Below, piece by piece: positions 12,501 to 27,953 of a stretch of DNA of 64,000 bases (the first letter of the stretch is position 1; each line of letters starts with the position of its first letter). The stretch is from NCBI GenBank assembly GCA_964270895.1, contig OZ185443.1. One strand, written 5' to 3'. The DNA comes from Podarcis filfolensis (lineage: Eukaryota). A program made the translations under genes and the position numbers. The notes under the pieces were generated by a model that had not been told where the DNA came from, ran no database searches, and saw nothing but the letters and a program-made list of their open reading frames with translations.

Positions 12501-15500
12501 TACTATACAGACACCTTTGCTGTACTGTTTTCAGCATCCGCTAACAAAATGTCATGTAGAATGCTTTTGTTTAGTGTTAGTCAGCTATGCCCTCTTCCAC
12601 ATTTCCTGATTTCATTCTCCCACCTAGTTTTTAGTGTTTTCCTTTCCACCTTTAACCAGCATTAAATGGCCACTGAGTCTGCCCATTCTTCATTTGGGCT
12701 GGTTTGAGGTTCCTTTCCCCCTTAGGACTTTTTTTCTAACTATTTTTTTGTCGTTTCAAGTTTGCCCAGCTCTGTTGATACCTCACAGTTGTGTAGGGAT
12801 GACATCATTTTCACTGCATAGGCAACTGCACTTACCTCTCAGAAGTTTGGATATAAAAGGAGTGGCCAAAGTTTCAGATGAAAAGCAATGGAAATGAAGG
12901 AAGCATTTTAAAGTTGCATATATACAGTAGACAATGTAGCTTACTCTTTCAATCTACAAATATAAGAAATGCAAAAAATAAACTTTTCATAATTTGTGAA
13001 AGCAGTCTTGTGCACCTGTCATTCTTCTCTACAAGGGGTTATATGCAAGTATGTTATATGACATACTTATATTTTAAAAAGGGAAATCAATGAGGATGTC
13101 AAAATACTACACTGTGATTGTGGTTCTGAACTCTTCCTTCCTCTTTTGGAAGCAATGATACATTGTGAGTTCCAGTCATGACTTTCTGAGTGTGTGTTAG
13201 AGAAAACAAAATCATGTGTATAATCAATTATATGACAAGCTATTTGTATGTTAATTTGCTACAAGTGCTATAAATATTTCAAAAACTATTGTCCCAACAG
13301 AACAACCTGATTAAGATTAAACTACTAGTATATATATGTGACTTGTTTTATAGGTAGAGAAAATGCAAGACAGAGAAGACTTAAAGGAAGCTTAAAATGA
13401 GTGATGTTTGTGCTTACTCCACATACCAGGTGCTAGATGACACAACCCTGGCATTGTTTGCCAAGCAGAGTTACACTTGTATATGGTTTGCTCCTTTTCC
13501 TCCCTAATGCTTGCCTTTTGCTTCTTTGGTAGGAATGTGAAGAGAAGCAGATCCAAATTGAGCGGAGTGCTAGAGAAAGGCAAACTGTGGAAGAAGAGCT
13601 AGAGAAGGTGAAAAACTGTTACCATAGTAGTTTTCATGTATTAGTATGTACTATGATAATCTGTATGCCAATACCTAAGTTTATATTTCTTGAAAATTCT
13701 AATATTTGCATGTGGGATACAATAGACAGAGGACAAAACATTGGAACCTTTTTGAGGTAAATACGAAGTTATTGTTGAGGTAGGAATGTCTAGTCTGCTG
13801 CATCTACATTGGCTGACCCATAGCATAGTTCTTTGGTTAGCTTATAAAGATATAGGTCAGCTGTCTCTGGAGATAATAAGTTAATGTGTAGGCCATTGTC
13901 TGTCAGAAAAGGATTCTCCAGATATCCCTGAGAAATTGAGAGGAGATGTAAGTTGTGCCAGTCCAGAGATTGGAAACAGATTTTCTCCACAATTTGGATT
14001 GTTTCATGTGGCTTAATGTTATGAGGCTGCACAATATAGAATGTGTATCTCAAGAATGCAGAGCAAATTTGATCAAGGTTGCATCATGGAATTTATTGTG
14101 TGTCTGGAATGCGTAACAGAATTAGGGAAGATAATTGGTAGTAGGAGGGGGTTAAAGTACAAGAAGAATGCATTCTGGAGAGAATACAGAACATGTGTCT
14201 TAGTATCAAGCATTATCCCTGCCCCCAGTTACTTTCAGGCTTATTGTGGATTTCATTTGAACTGCAGAAATGTTCAGGGCACTGTTCTGTATTGGGGAAG
14301 TGAGTTAGATCCATGGAAATAGGTGTTGAGATTCAGTCATGATGAACCATGGTTCAAAATGACAGCATCAAGCCATAGCAAGCTTTGGGCTCTTGCTTCT
14401 TCATTTCTGTTCTTCTGGCATTTCTATGGGGATATCAGAAGCATGCGCATCTGTTGTTTATAAGTAATAGTTTCATTTCGTCCATATACTACAAACTGTG
14501 ATGAATCATAACTGTGATTTGTTAATCTAAACAACTTGAAATCATGGGTTAAGAAGCTGAATTGTTTTCAGAAACAATATTTAAGATTCATTACAGATTA
14601 GAGTCCACTTTAGAAGTGTGGTTAGTCAATAATGGAAGTGAAAACTTACCTCCTTCTCAAAGTGGAGGAGGAAAGGGTGGAATGCATAGAGGCTTAATAT
14701 GGCTCATTCCCATCTTGATAAACCATGTTTTATGATGTCTGAAGTGGCCCATTATCATAGAATCCTTACAACAACCCAGAGCACAATCCTTACCCTATGT
14801 ATCTGAAGTAAGCCCCATTGAGTTCAATAAGAATTGCTCCACTTAAGTGTTGTTGCTTTAGTATGTTATATTATTCCTATATCTCAGATATGGAGTGGGG
14901 TGCTGGGACTTAGAAATTGTGAATTCAAGGCAGAGCTCAGTTTTGAATTGGGAACGTTCAACCTCACATTAGCCTCAGCAGTATACCATCGCTTGGAAAC
15001 TTAGACTAGAGTTGATAAGCAAATAGATGAGATACCAGTAGCTTTTATATGTCATTACTCATAGTAAAACAACAGTTCCATGAACTATCCAGTGACAATA
15101 TCCTTTGTTTAACTAAAAACCCAATGAATTGGTGAAAAAAGTATTGAAGAATTAGAAGATGGGTGTAATCTGTTACCAAAAATCACTTTTATCCAAGCTC
15201 TGTTTTTCTTGCTGCAACTTTCATAAAACATTTTTAAGATTAACTTAACAGTGAATTATAAAAATGACAACAGTCCAGAGGGCAGTGAATGAAAGAAAAA
15301 TGCCACATGAATTTCCATGTGCAAGGCCTAAGTGCAAGATTTAGCTATGTGATATAAGATTTCTATATGCAGAGCAGATTCCATGGATTCATCATCCTGC
15401 TTCTTGCAATAAGCTGTTTCTGTAAGGAAAGTAATTACTCTGACTACAGAAGCTGTTTTCTGTGAAAGAGCATTTCTCTATAATTTGTCTTCTAGAAAAC

Positions 15501-18500
15501 CCCCATTTAAAAGACTAGGTGAAAAATGCAACTAACCTTAAAGGAGTATGAGCAAAAAATTATACAGATTGATGAGATGAGGGTTACAGGTAAGCAGTTC
15601 ACACAATTTATTTAAAGTCTGTTATGCTGCCTTTCTGCTTCACAGTAGTGTTCAAGGCAGATCACAAGAAGGTAAAATCCACTTTAACAAAAATATAGGA
15701 GAGAGAGGGAAGCAGGAAACCACCTCAGTCTGTTCCAGCTGAGGTATCTACTCCCCACCAGGTCCTACCACCAGCTTCCCTGGGCAAAGGATCCTCATGC
15801 CTTTCAATAATAATAAAACCAATAATACCCTGCCCATCTGGCTGGCTTTCCCCAGCCAATATAATATATATATATATTGATATTTGCTGAAGAGCTTTAT
15901 GTGTTTTAATATTTCTTGTAGGCCATCTTGCAAGGATTTGTATCCTAAAAGGTAGGATATAATAAATTGTAAGAAATAAATATCAGTACAAAACCAACAG
16001 CAGCAGATAATGGGCTAAAAATGGGCTAAAAGCAATCAAAAGCAGCAAAAGCAGTTCACATATCCTAACTGGGTCAACCATACTAATAATTATAATCAAA
16101 TTAATACATTAACTAGTCTATGAAAAGCTTGGGTAAAGTACAGTGGTACCTCGGGTTAAGTACTTAATTCGTTCCGGAGGTCTGTTCTTAACCTGAAACT
16201 GTTCTTAACCTGAAGCACCACTTTAGCTAATGGGGCCTCCTGCTGCCGCTGCGCCGCCGGAGCACGATTTCCGTTCTCATCCTGAAGCAAAGTTCTTAAC
16301 CCGAGGTGCTATTTCTGGGTTAGCGGAGTCTGTAACCTGAAGCGTATGTAACTTGAAGTGTATGTAACCTGAGGTACCACTGTAATCCTCTTGTCTGAAG
16401 CCAGAAAGATAACAGAATAGGTATTGGGATAATTTCCATTGGAAAAGGATAGTCGTTGTAGAAATGAAATTCCATTATCTTGAAATTTAAACTATGAACT
16501 ATAAAGTGGTTGATTGTGTAACACCAGTGGCGTGGTTGTTGTTACAAGGATCTACCTGAATTTTCTTTTTTAAACACTTCAATCAGGTGTACCGTGAAGG
16601 TAGAAGAAATGAAGGCGATTCTAGAAAACTAGAAGAGCTTTACCAAAGGTGTCTCATTGCTGAACTAGCCAAAGATGATTTGCAACGAAGTCTACAAACA
16701 GCACAAAACAAAATTAAGCAACTTGAAATGAAGTAAGTAATCACTATTTACTTATGAACAAGTGCTGACGTTCATTCAGTAATACTTCACTGGAAAGTCC
16801 CTTGAATTGAAACTTTTGTCATTTGTTTTTATATCCATTGTCCATCTTTTCATGTTATGGTAAACCCTGGTTTAACATCACGTGCACAAGCATTGAATGA
16901 GCTGGTGGGAATCTTGGGGTTGCATGCTCTACCCTTTCTCTCAGGCAGCCAGGAAGAGGATTTTGGCACAATTTCACTTTCCATGAAACCTGGCTTATCA
17001 TGTGCAAACCAGAAATTGTGGTTTCAAGAAAGGTTTGGCCAGTTTCTAAACAAACCAGCTGCAAACCATGGGTTATGAAACTGAACTAGAGTTCATTTTA
17101 AACTATGATCTCTGTGTCATGCATAACAAGTCAGGTTTTGTGGAAAGTGCAACTAATCTCTGTCATACTGGAGGGGAAGGAGGAAGAGCAGAAACTTAGA
17201 TAGGGTTGCCATATCTTGAAGAGCAAAAAAGAGGACAGCCCGAGCCATGGAAATAAGCACACAGGACCGCCACCGCAGCTCCCATGCGTCTCTTTCCCCA
17301 GCTTGGGCTGGCAGTGACTGGAGCATACAGAGCAGTCTAAGCCCCAAAACCCAGATATTTCCTTTAAAATGTAAAAATCCGCACAGATGGGCATGTTGGC
17401 CCCCGCAAAAGGACAGGTCTGGGTTTTCCTGGACGTATGGCCACCCTAAGAAACATGATGCTCACATTGGTTTCTTCCTGCTCATCAATGCCAAATTTAC
17501 ATACGGGTTGAGCAGACTGCAGCCCAGAGTCTCATAATCTGTGGGCACTCAGTCTCTTTCCAATTTTTAAAATAAAAACAGGCAGATTTTACTATCTAGG
17601 CCCAGTTGCTTAGTAACATGAAACACGTAACTTATGAGTCTGACTGTATAACAGTTACACAAGTGCGTACTTATTGTTAGTAAAGTTCATGGAGGCATTA
17701 AAGTCAGCTATGAAGCAATACAAGAGTTCAGATCACTACCTATCATTATAGTGTGTGTGTTTTGAACAAGTAGGATTCTTTTAATTTTGACTTTTTCTGA
17801 AAACGATAATGAGTATGCACTATAAAAGTGGTGCTAGTAAATGAAAGCAACAAAAGTAAATACTCAAAAGTTTGAAGCCAGTCATGTTGTATGGCTTCAT
17901 ACAGCAGGTAGAACCAGCCCTATATAATCTCTCAGAAACAGAAGCCTTAGATAAACTTCCTCCAAGACACAAATTTAAGGAAATACATATATTGCTGTCA
18001 TGGATGCTGTTGAAGCCAACCTATTTCTGACCACACAGAACCTGCCACGGTGTGTGTACAAGTGTTGAATGCTTATAAGAAGAGTACATTTCTCTTAGAA
18101 TGTTATTGCTGCTGACAGCATCATGCTTCAGATCAGCTAAGAAGGAAGGAATTGCAAAGCATTTCCCCCCATTACAACTGAATAGAAAAGAGTCACATTG
18201 TTACAGGTGTTTCACTATAACTTATGCTCTGTGAGGGAGGCCCTGCAGCACTGTGACTATAGAAAACAGAAGGTCCTTCTTTTACTTGTAACTTGGTAAA
18301 GGCTTTTTTCGGGGTAATATATTCATATCCCTTAGGCTAGGCTTGAAGCTAACTAGGATAACTTTTGCTGTAGCTGCAAAACTGCAGGAATAATTTTATT
18401 TGCCTACACAGTTTGAGTTTCTTCTACTAATATCAAGTTTAATCAAATTATCCTCCCTATATCATAGCACAGTACATCCATTCAAAAAATACTATCACTT

Positions 18501-21500
18501 ACTGTAATAGCATTCAAAAAACACATCACAGTGAAGATGAAAAGGCTCATATTTAAAATAGTACACCATGAAGTTCAATACCCTCCCATAGTCTTCTGAA
18601 ATGTTATGAAGCTAAATAATGTACAGTGCAACCCTCTGAATGTTTACACAGAAGTAAGTCATACTGTGCTCAGTGGGAGTTATTCCCAGGAAGGTGTCTC
18701 TAAGACTGCAGCTTTAAAGCAATATTTGAACCAATATTGGGGCAGGTGATTTCCAGAAGAAGGGGGCTGCAATGGAAGAGACACTCATTGTTGTTGCCAC
18801 CTTATGAAACCTTGAAAGATCAACAAGAATGATCTCAGCTGTAAGCTTATTTGGTGGAAAAAAGTTATTCATGTAACCTGCTCCAAAATTTTCTAGCTGT
18901 ATTTCATATTTGCTCTCATTCAAAGCCCTGAGAATGTTTCAAGGCATGTCCAGAGCTTCCCATATAATAACTGTAATAAACAGGGAAGTCCTCCTAAGCA
19001 GAGAGGCTCCATACCAAAAAAAATGAAACTTAGTGGGGAATACTTCGCTTTTTAGTTGTCAAGCCTTTTGATCATTCAAATTCCACACTACTGAACATTG
19101 TATGTGTTATGCATTCAGCTTTATTAATATATTAATTTCTGTGCATTCATTTAACATATTTGTATCCTACCTTTCCATTCAATAATGGATTACCAAGTAT
19201 TGTTTGTGAATTTCTCCTCCCTTCCTCGACTTCAAGCTATGAGGAACAGAGAAACAGTGGTCAGGAAATGATTTACAAGTTGCAAAGTATTCTGGAATCC
19301 GAAAGAAAGAACTGTGGCTCTGTCAGTGAAGAGCGCCTAAAACTCCAGCAAGAGAACGAGCAGTTTCAAAAAGAAATGGAAGAATTGAGAAAGCTGGCTG
19401 TGGAGGCACAACAAGCTGCAAAATTAAAGGTATTTGCGTTTATATGGTATTTTATTTTTGACGTCACATCTTCGAAGATTCAATGAAAGGAGAAATCTGT
19501 GTACAAGGAAACAGACAGGGTGTCAAATTTCTCACGACAGCTCTATCGCCATAGTTTAATATTCCTTAACTTTGTATTCTATTCGTCTCCTTCAATTTTT
19601 CAAAATATTTTTCAAAATATACTAAAATTACCTTTTGCAATTATAAGAATGTTTCTTATCCACATGTCAACCCAGCTATGTAAGATATGGACACAACTGA
19701 CTTTTCCATTAATGTTCCAGTGTCTGAAGGCAGTAGTTAGGAGGACTTGATAACTATGTGCCACTTGGTTCTTTTCCCAATCAAGTAATTTTCTTCCAGA
19801 CAGCAAAAACTTTTTAAAAAATCATACATAATGCAAACAGACTAACATGTTAGTCTTCTTTTATAACGAGAGATATACAGCCTAAATGTCTAGAAAATGC
19901 AAAACACAATATAATGCAAGGGGATTTTTGGCCTAAAGCCTATTGACATCACTTTAAAAAAGGGGATAAGGAGCATTTTGTACATGCAACTCTACCAACC
20001 TTAATTTTGATATGATTCAGATCCACTACTGCTTATCCCTTTCATTTTCTTCCTACTTCTCTTATATGCTGTGCTTGTAAGAGAAGATTCCTGTTTTTTG
20101 TTTCTTATCATCTGCCTCTAATTCCTTAACATTCTCTTCCATTCCGTTCTCTTCCGTTTTCTTTTCTTTGCAGCGAAGTTACACATAAACTTGTCTTCTT
20201 CCTTCCATAGTTGGTTATTGCCCTTCAGTTGCTCACTTCGGCACTTTACACGTGGAGTTTGCGTAATAGTTGGCTGAACTAATTAGCTGTTGTTGGATGG
20301 AGACTTGGGGACAGCCTCAAGTTTTTGCTCTGATACCTAAAAGATAAATCAGGGCTTCATACAGCATTTTTACTGCAGGGATTCAAGCATTCAGTGATGA
20401 AATGAGTAAAGGATGAAAGATCTGCACACCTAGAAACAATTATTACTCATCATGGGTGATCCAAGCGTGACAATCTGCATTCTCTTTTCAATCAAATTAG
20501 TTATTCATTCTGAAATGAATTCTTTCAGCTTATATCCACAATTAAAAGTCCAGTAATATTTTGCAGATAGATATAGCCTGATTGTCAGTATGTTCACACA
20601 AACAAACAAACAAACTTCAGTCCTTTAGTGAAAAGACAAAAGCTACCGTGAACTAATGTGAGGCTTTAAACTTATTTTACTTTTTTCTATAGATAAGCAT
20701 AATGGAGAATGAGCATATAATAAAAGAGCATGGGTCTGAAGTTCGTTTGAAAGAGATGGAAGACGTGCATCGAAAGTCTACTGCTGAGCTGAGACGCCTC
20801 TTGATAGCTCAACAGAAAGCAACAAACCGGTGGAAGGAGGAAACAAAGAAACTAACAGAAGCTACAGAAACCAGAATAAATAGTTTAAAGTAAGTAATAC
20901 AATTTTGTTTGGCATTTTTAACAAATGCTGGCAGCTGGGTATGGATCTGCTGGGACCATAATTCAGACAGGAAATGTAGGTGTGATACTGTTCTTGTTTA
21001 GATTTTAATTAACATTCCTCTGTTTTGTGATTGTCCAGAAATAATAGCTGCCAACAGAGCAAATCTTCGAGAAGGTAGATGTAAATCTTCCAATAGATAA
21101 GCATTGCTGTGGGGAAAACTCTTTCCCCACTGCAGTTCAGAAAGGTTTATTAATGGAGCCTGGTCCTCTGAATCAGCTTAAGATGCAGCAGGATAAACTA
21201 TAAAATCTATCCTATTCTTGGAAAGTGAGGTTATTGTTCAACCCTGCCCTGCTTCTGGAAGGAAAGAAACCCTGCCTTATCGCCTCTTCTCAACAGTGGC
21301 TAGAACATGGCATGTTCTCATTAACTTTTGAAGTGATTCCAAAAATCAACAGTGCTGCTCAAGGAGGTGGTAGAGCAGTGGAAGAGCAATATCAATGCCT
21401 CATGCAGTCAAGCTGCAGGAGATGGGTATTAGCACCCAAAGTGGTCACTGAGGTCAGGCAATAGCAACCGAGTCAGTATTTGCTGAATCTGAATAAGTGT

Positions 21501-22536
21501 TTAGCTGTGAAAACCCCAGATTCTGTTGCAACATGGAGCTCTGATCATTGTATGCAGGTATTTCTAAATCTTCAACTCAAAGGAGGGGGGGAAACATGGT
21601 GGTGTGCCCAAAAAAATCAGTAAGCTGTTCATAATAACTTTAATTGGCTTATTTCTGAAACAGTGCCTGTGAGATTCAAAGGTGGCTTAGAAGAAGCTTA
21701 CTGAATGTTCTTTGTAGTTAGCGCCTCAAACTAGGAAGTCCCATTTGCAGTCAGGACCTGGAAATTGTAGCATAGTCTGATTTAACAAGAAAAGATGCAC
21801 CTGCACCTTCTCTCCTCCCTAGGCAGTTATTTTTCTCAACTGAATTCCCATACCACAACTCATGGGGAGGTAAGCAGCAGATGCAAGGAGAGTTCTGCAC
21901 CTATCCTCTTACAGGATGGATTTGGTTATCTTTTGTAATATGGCACTCTGTGAGAGGCCGAAATGTGGTGCCCCCAAATGGATCTTCTTAATTTTGTGCC
22001 CCCTCAGCTCATTGCCCTGTGCAGGGGAACCTTCCGCACCACCCTAAATCTGGCACTGCCTCTTACTATTACAGAGCTACATACCACTCTGGCCCTGCCT
22101 CTGTCACACCTTCATTAGCTCTAAACTTTTAAGGTAAAGTCATAAGTGTTTGCCAAGCAGTAGCAATAGTGGCTATATGTTATATACTATTTGGTTACTG
22201 CATTTGGCATTGTTTTCACAGGTGCATGGAGTGGGGGTAGTTTGGCCAGTAAGGAGCCCCATCTGTACTGTGACCCTGTGGTGCCTATTTGAGATCATTT
22301 GGGGTTTCTGTGGGCTCCTATGGCGTAGATATTTGCTTTCATAGTTCCCAGTGGAGGATAAAATTCTAACTAAGATAGCAACTTCATCATTTTTTTTCTC
22401 CACCATACCCTGAACTCCACCTGTTTCTTGGACTCCCTTATACTATCATGGCAGTTATACTTACATCATCACTTAAGGTTACATAGGTTTAAAGGATTGA
22501 GTAGTAATCCTGTTCTTGTTCAGGATAGGACTGAGA

Positions 22537-22576
<40 letters not shown>

Positions 22577-25500
22577 ACACGCATGCCAATTTACAACACC
22601 CATTCCCAAAGTTTGAGATACTTGAAACAAACAGATAAATCCTACATAAAATACCCATTAAAGTACATAGAGTCATGTGGCCGCAGGCATTAAGGGAAGG
22701 TCTTTTAGAATTTCCAGGTTCAGTTTTAACAAGTCTCCAAGGGAGTTCCTTGAAGTGTCTTAAGATCCTCGGATCTCGATAATGCAGATTCAGCGTATGC
22801 TAATTGTGCATGCTCCTAATGTTGAAAAGTGACCTCAGTGCCTTTCATTTATTAAAATCCTTTCACCTTACTAAGGAGCCCTATCATGTTGAGAGCCACT
22901 CTGGAAGTTAATTGGCTGAAAAGCAGGCTATAAAAATCAGGAATAAATGAAAATGGGTCACTTAAATTGTTTGTGTTGCTCTTCAAAAATTCCCCAGTAT
23001 CTTCAGTGGCATTATTTCTATCATAATGACCTGTAATCCTACAGTCCATTTTGCTCATTACTGCAGTTACAAACTGTACTGTGAAATCACAGAGGAGTTT
23101 GGGGTCGTGGTGGTATGAGCCAACCTATTATTAATCGTAATAACATTATCACCAGCATTTCTATACTATCCTTCCTCTCTCAAAATCAAGTAAGAATAGC
23201 TGTTAATCTTACACTTTAGTTATAAACATTTCTTCAGCTGGGGAAATGTAATTCCTATTGAATCCACTGAGACTTAGGTGTTTGAGGCTAGGCACAGACT
23301 AACAGGTTAAGGCCAGGATGCCAGTCACTTTGTGCACACTGGAGTGCCTGCAGTTTCTTCCTCTGACAGGAGCTCATTGTACCACATCAGATGTTTCCCT
23401 GCAGGATTCTCCAACTTCTCAGAGTAGTATTTCAGGCAGTGAATGATGCAGCATGGGAGAGGGGGCAGAGAAAAGCTTCCTGTGCAGCTGTTTGGATCCC
23501 TTTAAATTAACACTATTTTGAATAAATCAGTTTTGAGTTTCATAGGCGTTCTTTCTGAATCATGGTTGTATCTTTGTATCTTTAAGCTTTTGGTTGTAAA
23601 GCTTTCTCATGATTTCCAAGACTGATCCTTCTGGGATAGTATAGTTGTTCATTATTAGGTATTAGCTAGAGCAGTGTTCTTTTGACATACCATCTAGTCT
23701 ATTAAATAAATTACATCATATTTAGGGACCTTTGAGTCCCCCACCCCTTCATTTCTACCACGTTATTTTTGGCTGGAATTCTGTAATACTTGGCAGCCAT
23801 AACTGTTTATTTTAAGATATTGATTAAAAATGTTAACAGGATGAGAAACAGCTGCAGGTACTGGAAGTCTACAAAATATATAATTACTAAGAATAACTGA
23901 AGCATATTACGGCATAAGTCAACAGAAAAACATCTGGAATGTGCTGTATGTGTCACATGAGAATTTTGCATTAAACACTTCCCACAGCTGGCAGATTTAT
24001 TATCTTTTCTGCTCTACTACTAAACAGCTCACCTTTGTTTTCCACACATAAGCCTTTGTGGTAGACACTTGAGCAGTTTTCTGCAAACTTCATTTACCAA
24101 TTTTAATGAGGCAAATTCTCTGGAATATGTAGGAACAATTGGGACTGATTATCGCTCTGATAGTTTTATACTATGTCACCTTTCTGGTGGGAGGACGACG
24201 ACTGCTTCTCACTATTTTAGTATTTTAGAATTACCAAACGCAAAAGGGTAGCCATGTTAAAGGTAAAGGTACCCCTGACCGTTAGGTCCAGTCGCGAACA
24301 TCTCTGGGGTTGCGCACTCATCTTGCTCTATAGGCCAAGAGAGCCGGCGTTTGTCCACAGACAGCTTTCGGGTCATGTGGCCAGCATGAAAAAGCCGCTT
24401 CTGGCGAACCACAGCAGCGCACGGAAACACCATTTACCTTCCCGGAGTGGTACCTATTTATCTACTTGCATTTGATGTGCTTTCGAACTGCTAGGTGGGC
24501 AGGAGCTGGGACTGAACAACGGGAGCTCACCCCATCATGGAGATTTGAACCACCGACCTTCCCATTGGCAAGCCCTAGGCTCAGTGGTTTAGACCACAGT
24601 GCCACCCGCATCTAACAAATGTATCGTGGCATAGGGTTTTGTGTGCAAGAGTTCAATTGTTAGGTACATGAAGTGTTATTTGACATATATACAGATGGTT
24701 ATAAGGTGGGGATGTTGTTGTAGAGTGTGGTTAGGAAACTGAGCAATCAATGCAAATGATAGGTGTCCATTTACTGGGGAAATAGTAATGCAAAAGTGTT
24801 TAGTGCAAAACAGCATTTAGTGAAAAGGATTGTTTCAGTCCGGTTGTGTGTGGTGAACTGTCAATTGTTGATTAATTGGCAAAGAAGATAAAGCATAGAA
24901 GGTGTGAAGATGAACAAGCTTTTGGTAACATGACTGCTGTTTGTTGCAGAAGCTTGTATGTGTACAGGGTGCCTCAGTTTTTGAGCCACTGGAAGATGAG
25001 TAGTGGACTATAGTTTCCTCATAGTACTTCAGATAATACAGACAACAATGCTGTGAGAGTCCTGGAGCCCAAGACAGTGTGGTTTCTAGGATTCCCCCGT
25101 TTGTGGATCTTGGAAACAAATAGAAAATAACACATGAGGTGTGCCTGCGTAGATTTTTCCTGCACTCCTATAACACATTGTTCCTTTCAGTATTCCGTGA
25201 GTGTGAAAAATGCATTGTTCATCAAAAGCTGCACATCCTCCCGTTTGTAGGGCAATTGAAACCCTGGGTCAGACAAACCAGCATTTGGGACAAGATCCAT
25301 TGCAGGAGAAGGGCTTGGGGTGCCTCATTCTCAAGCTTGCAAGCCTGTTCACAGAGATAGGGTGTTCTATTTCTACAAGCTTCTTTAATCAATTTGAGGT
25401 AGTAGGCAGGACTTTTGGCATTTGCTCAGTGGTACAAGATGCCAGGGCCAGAGGTAAAGATTTCCTGTACACAGTGTGAATCTTCTTGCAGGAGCTACTT

Positions 25501-27899
25501 TGCTCAATACGAAGAATAAGACAAACAACCATAGCTAGTAATGAAAATTAAAATGCCTCCAAACTAGCTGTACAACAAAAACTGAGTTGCTACTCAGACT
25601 TTGATGAGAAGAAAACTGAGTGGGAAGGCATGTGCACTCTCTAGAACCTTGCACAGTCAACAGACATCTTCCTTGAGTTTAGTGGACTGTTTGCTCCCAT
25701 TTTTTAGCTCTGGAAGGTACAGCTTTACCCAGGATCCCCTGTGTCCCTGTAGGGAGACCATGACATAAGTGGTATCTAGGTTAATACTTGATGGACACCG
25801 TCCACAGGATTATATTGCTTATTTTATCACATTAAGGAGGGATGTGGCATTCCAGCCGTTGGATTCCAATACCCATTAGCCCACCCAGCATGGCCAGTGG
25901 TCAGGGATGATTAGAGCTATAGTCCAACACCTGGAAATCCACAAGTCCCTTGTCCTTAATGAAAAGTTTTTATTTTTGTGAATGAATGACATTTTAGATT
26001 TTTGTTAAAAGTAAGGTTTCAGAATTGTTGTTGTTTTGCTCTTCGTTGTGAATCTGTCCTATCACAGTACTGTCACAGTACTAAAAATGGCCATTATTGG
26101 TATCTTAAAGTACTATCCTTTTCCTACTTCATTGGAAAGAAGGAATTTGAAAGATATATGATTGTCCCATATACCTCTGGAAATGAGTTAGGTCAACATA
26201 TATGTTGATTTTCATTAATGAGTTTCTTTGATCTTGTTTCATAGAAGTGAGCTGAGCCGTCAAAAAATTTACACCCAGGAGGTACTTTGTCAGCTGGAAA
26301 GAACAAATGAAAAGGTTATTGAGGTAAGAGAATGATCCTCATCCAAATGCTGTGCTTTAACTAGATGTACATCTTGTATAACTTGAACTCTCTTGGTACA
26401 CATCATTTGTTTGCTTAGAGTAGTTTTCAGCTGGAAAACTCTGTCCTATTTGTGATCATACACACTGGGGAAAATGCTAGAAACATTTATTTTACTATTA
26501 TTAAAACATACAGCTTCGTTCATAGCTAATTTTGCACTGTTAATTTTTTTACTAGGTAATGGTTCCTTTCTGTGATCTTTAGCTTGTCATTTTTTTCTGC
26601 AATGGCTAGTTCAATTTTTGTAACAACTAAAAAAATTCTGTCACAATTAGCCCTCCTAAGTACTGATCTTCATAGTTCTGCCTCTCTGGACAGCCTATCA
26701 TCTGTCCTTAATTTCCTTTGAAGGCCAACTGATTGAAGCATCTCAGGAGTCCAGCACCACCCCTTCCCTGTTGAAATTTGTACTTGTAACTTCCTTAAAA
26801 TTGTTTTTTATATAAGAGTTGCGTCATGAGATTCCGAAGACTGGAAATCCCTGTCAAGGTTAGACACAATGCATAGGAGCAACCTGCCTTGTTTGCCTTT
26901 GTTAGTCGGTTCCTGGCTTTGCCATTCACCAAGTTTCTCTTCCTTAAACCTTGTTTCCTGAAATATGTATGATCTGATAACAGAAACTTAAATTTGTAAT
27001 GAGGTATTTCATTTATACAGAATGAAAAATTAATGATGGAACATCAAGAGAAAGTCAACAGACTTCAAAGGCGACTAAGCCAGGCAGAAGAGAGGGCAAC
27101 CACAGCATCTCAACAGGTATCTAGAAATAAATCAGATCAGCACCCTTATTACAGCTGCATAACCAAAAATCTTTAATCATAATAATTTTATTATTTATAT
27201 GCCACCCATCTGACTGGTTTGCCCCAGCCACTGTGGGCAGTTCTCAACAAAATATTTAAAACACAATAAAATATCAACCATTAAAAACTTCCCTATACAG
27301 GGCTGCCTTCAGATGTCTTCTAAAAGTCAGATAGTTGTTTATCTCCTTGACATCTGATGGGTAGATGTTCCTCAGGGCGGGCACCACTACCGAAAAGGCT
27401 CTTTGCCTGGTTCCCTGTAACTTTACTTCTCACAGTGAGGGAACCGCCCGCGGGCCCTCGGAGCTGGACCTCAGTGTCTGGGCTGAACGATGGGGGTGGA
27501 GATGCTCCTTCAGGTATAATGGGCCGAGGCAGCTTAGGGTTTTAGAGGTCAGCACCAACACTTTGAACTGGGCAGCCTTCAAACTGGATCATTTAATGAA
27601 GAGCTGAATCAGAGTCTTAACCAAATTAGTGTTTCAGTTTTCTCTGTTGGGATGAAAGTCAAAACATCTCCATGGAAGAAAGTTCAGCTGTACGTGGGGA
27701 CAGGATGGGAAGTTATTGGTTTGTTCTTATTTGTATTATGCATTTTGTGCTTTTCTCTTTTATGTGGTGATTTTTATCCCAAGATCTATGAAGTGTGGTA
27801 TGCAACTCTTAAAATTGGTAACTCTGCAATTCCTCTATGTATTCATAATGAAGGTGGCTTTCACTCAATAAACTATTCAGAAAAAAACTTAGGAATCAT

Positions 27900-27953
<54 letters not shown>

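Noticed and set aside
22680-23140. Complex, apparently TE-free intronic block with a 68-aa minus-strand ORF (22852-23058)
   Set aside because: Could be a conserved non-coding element, but conservation cannot be judged from one sequence and the ORF has no recognisable motif.
25395-25406. TGAGGTAGTAGG, matching the first 12 nt of let-7 (also at about 48575)
   Set aside because: The rest of the mature sequence does not match and I see no hairpin; the second copy is part of a SINE.
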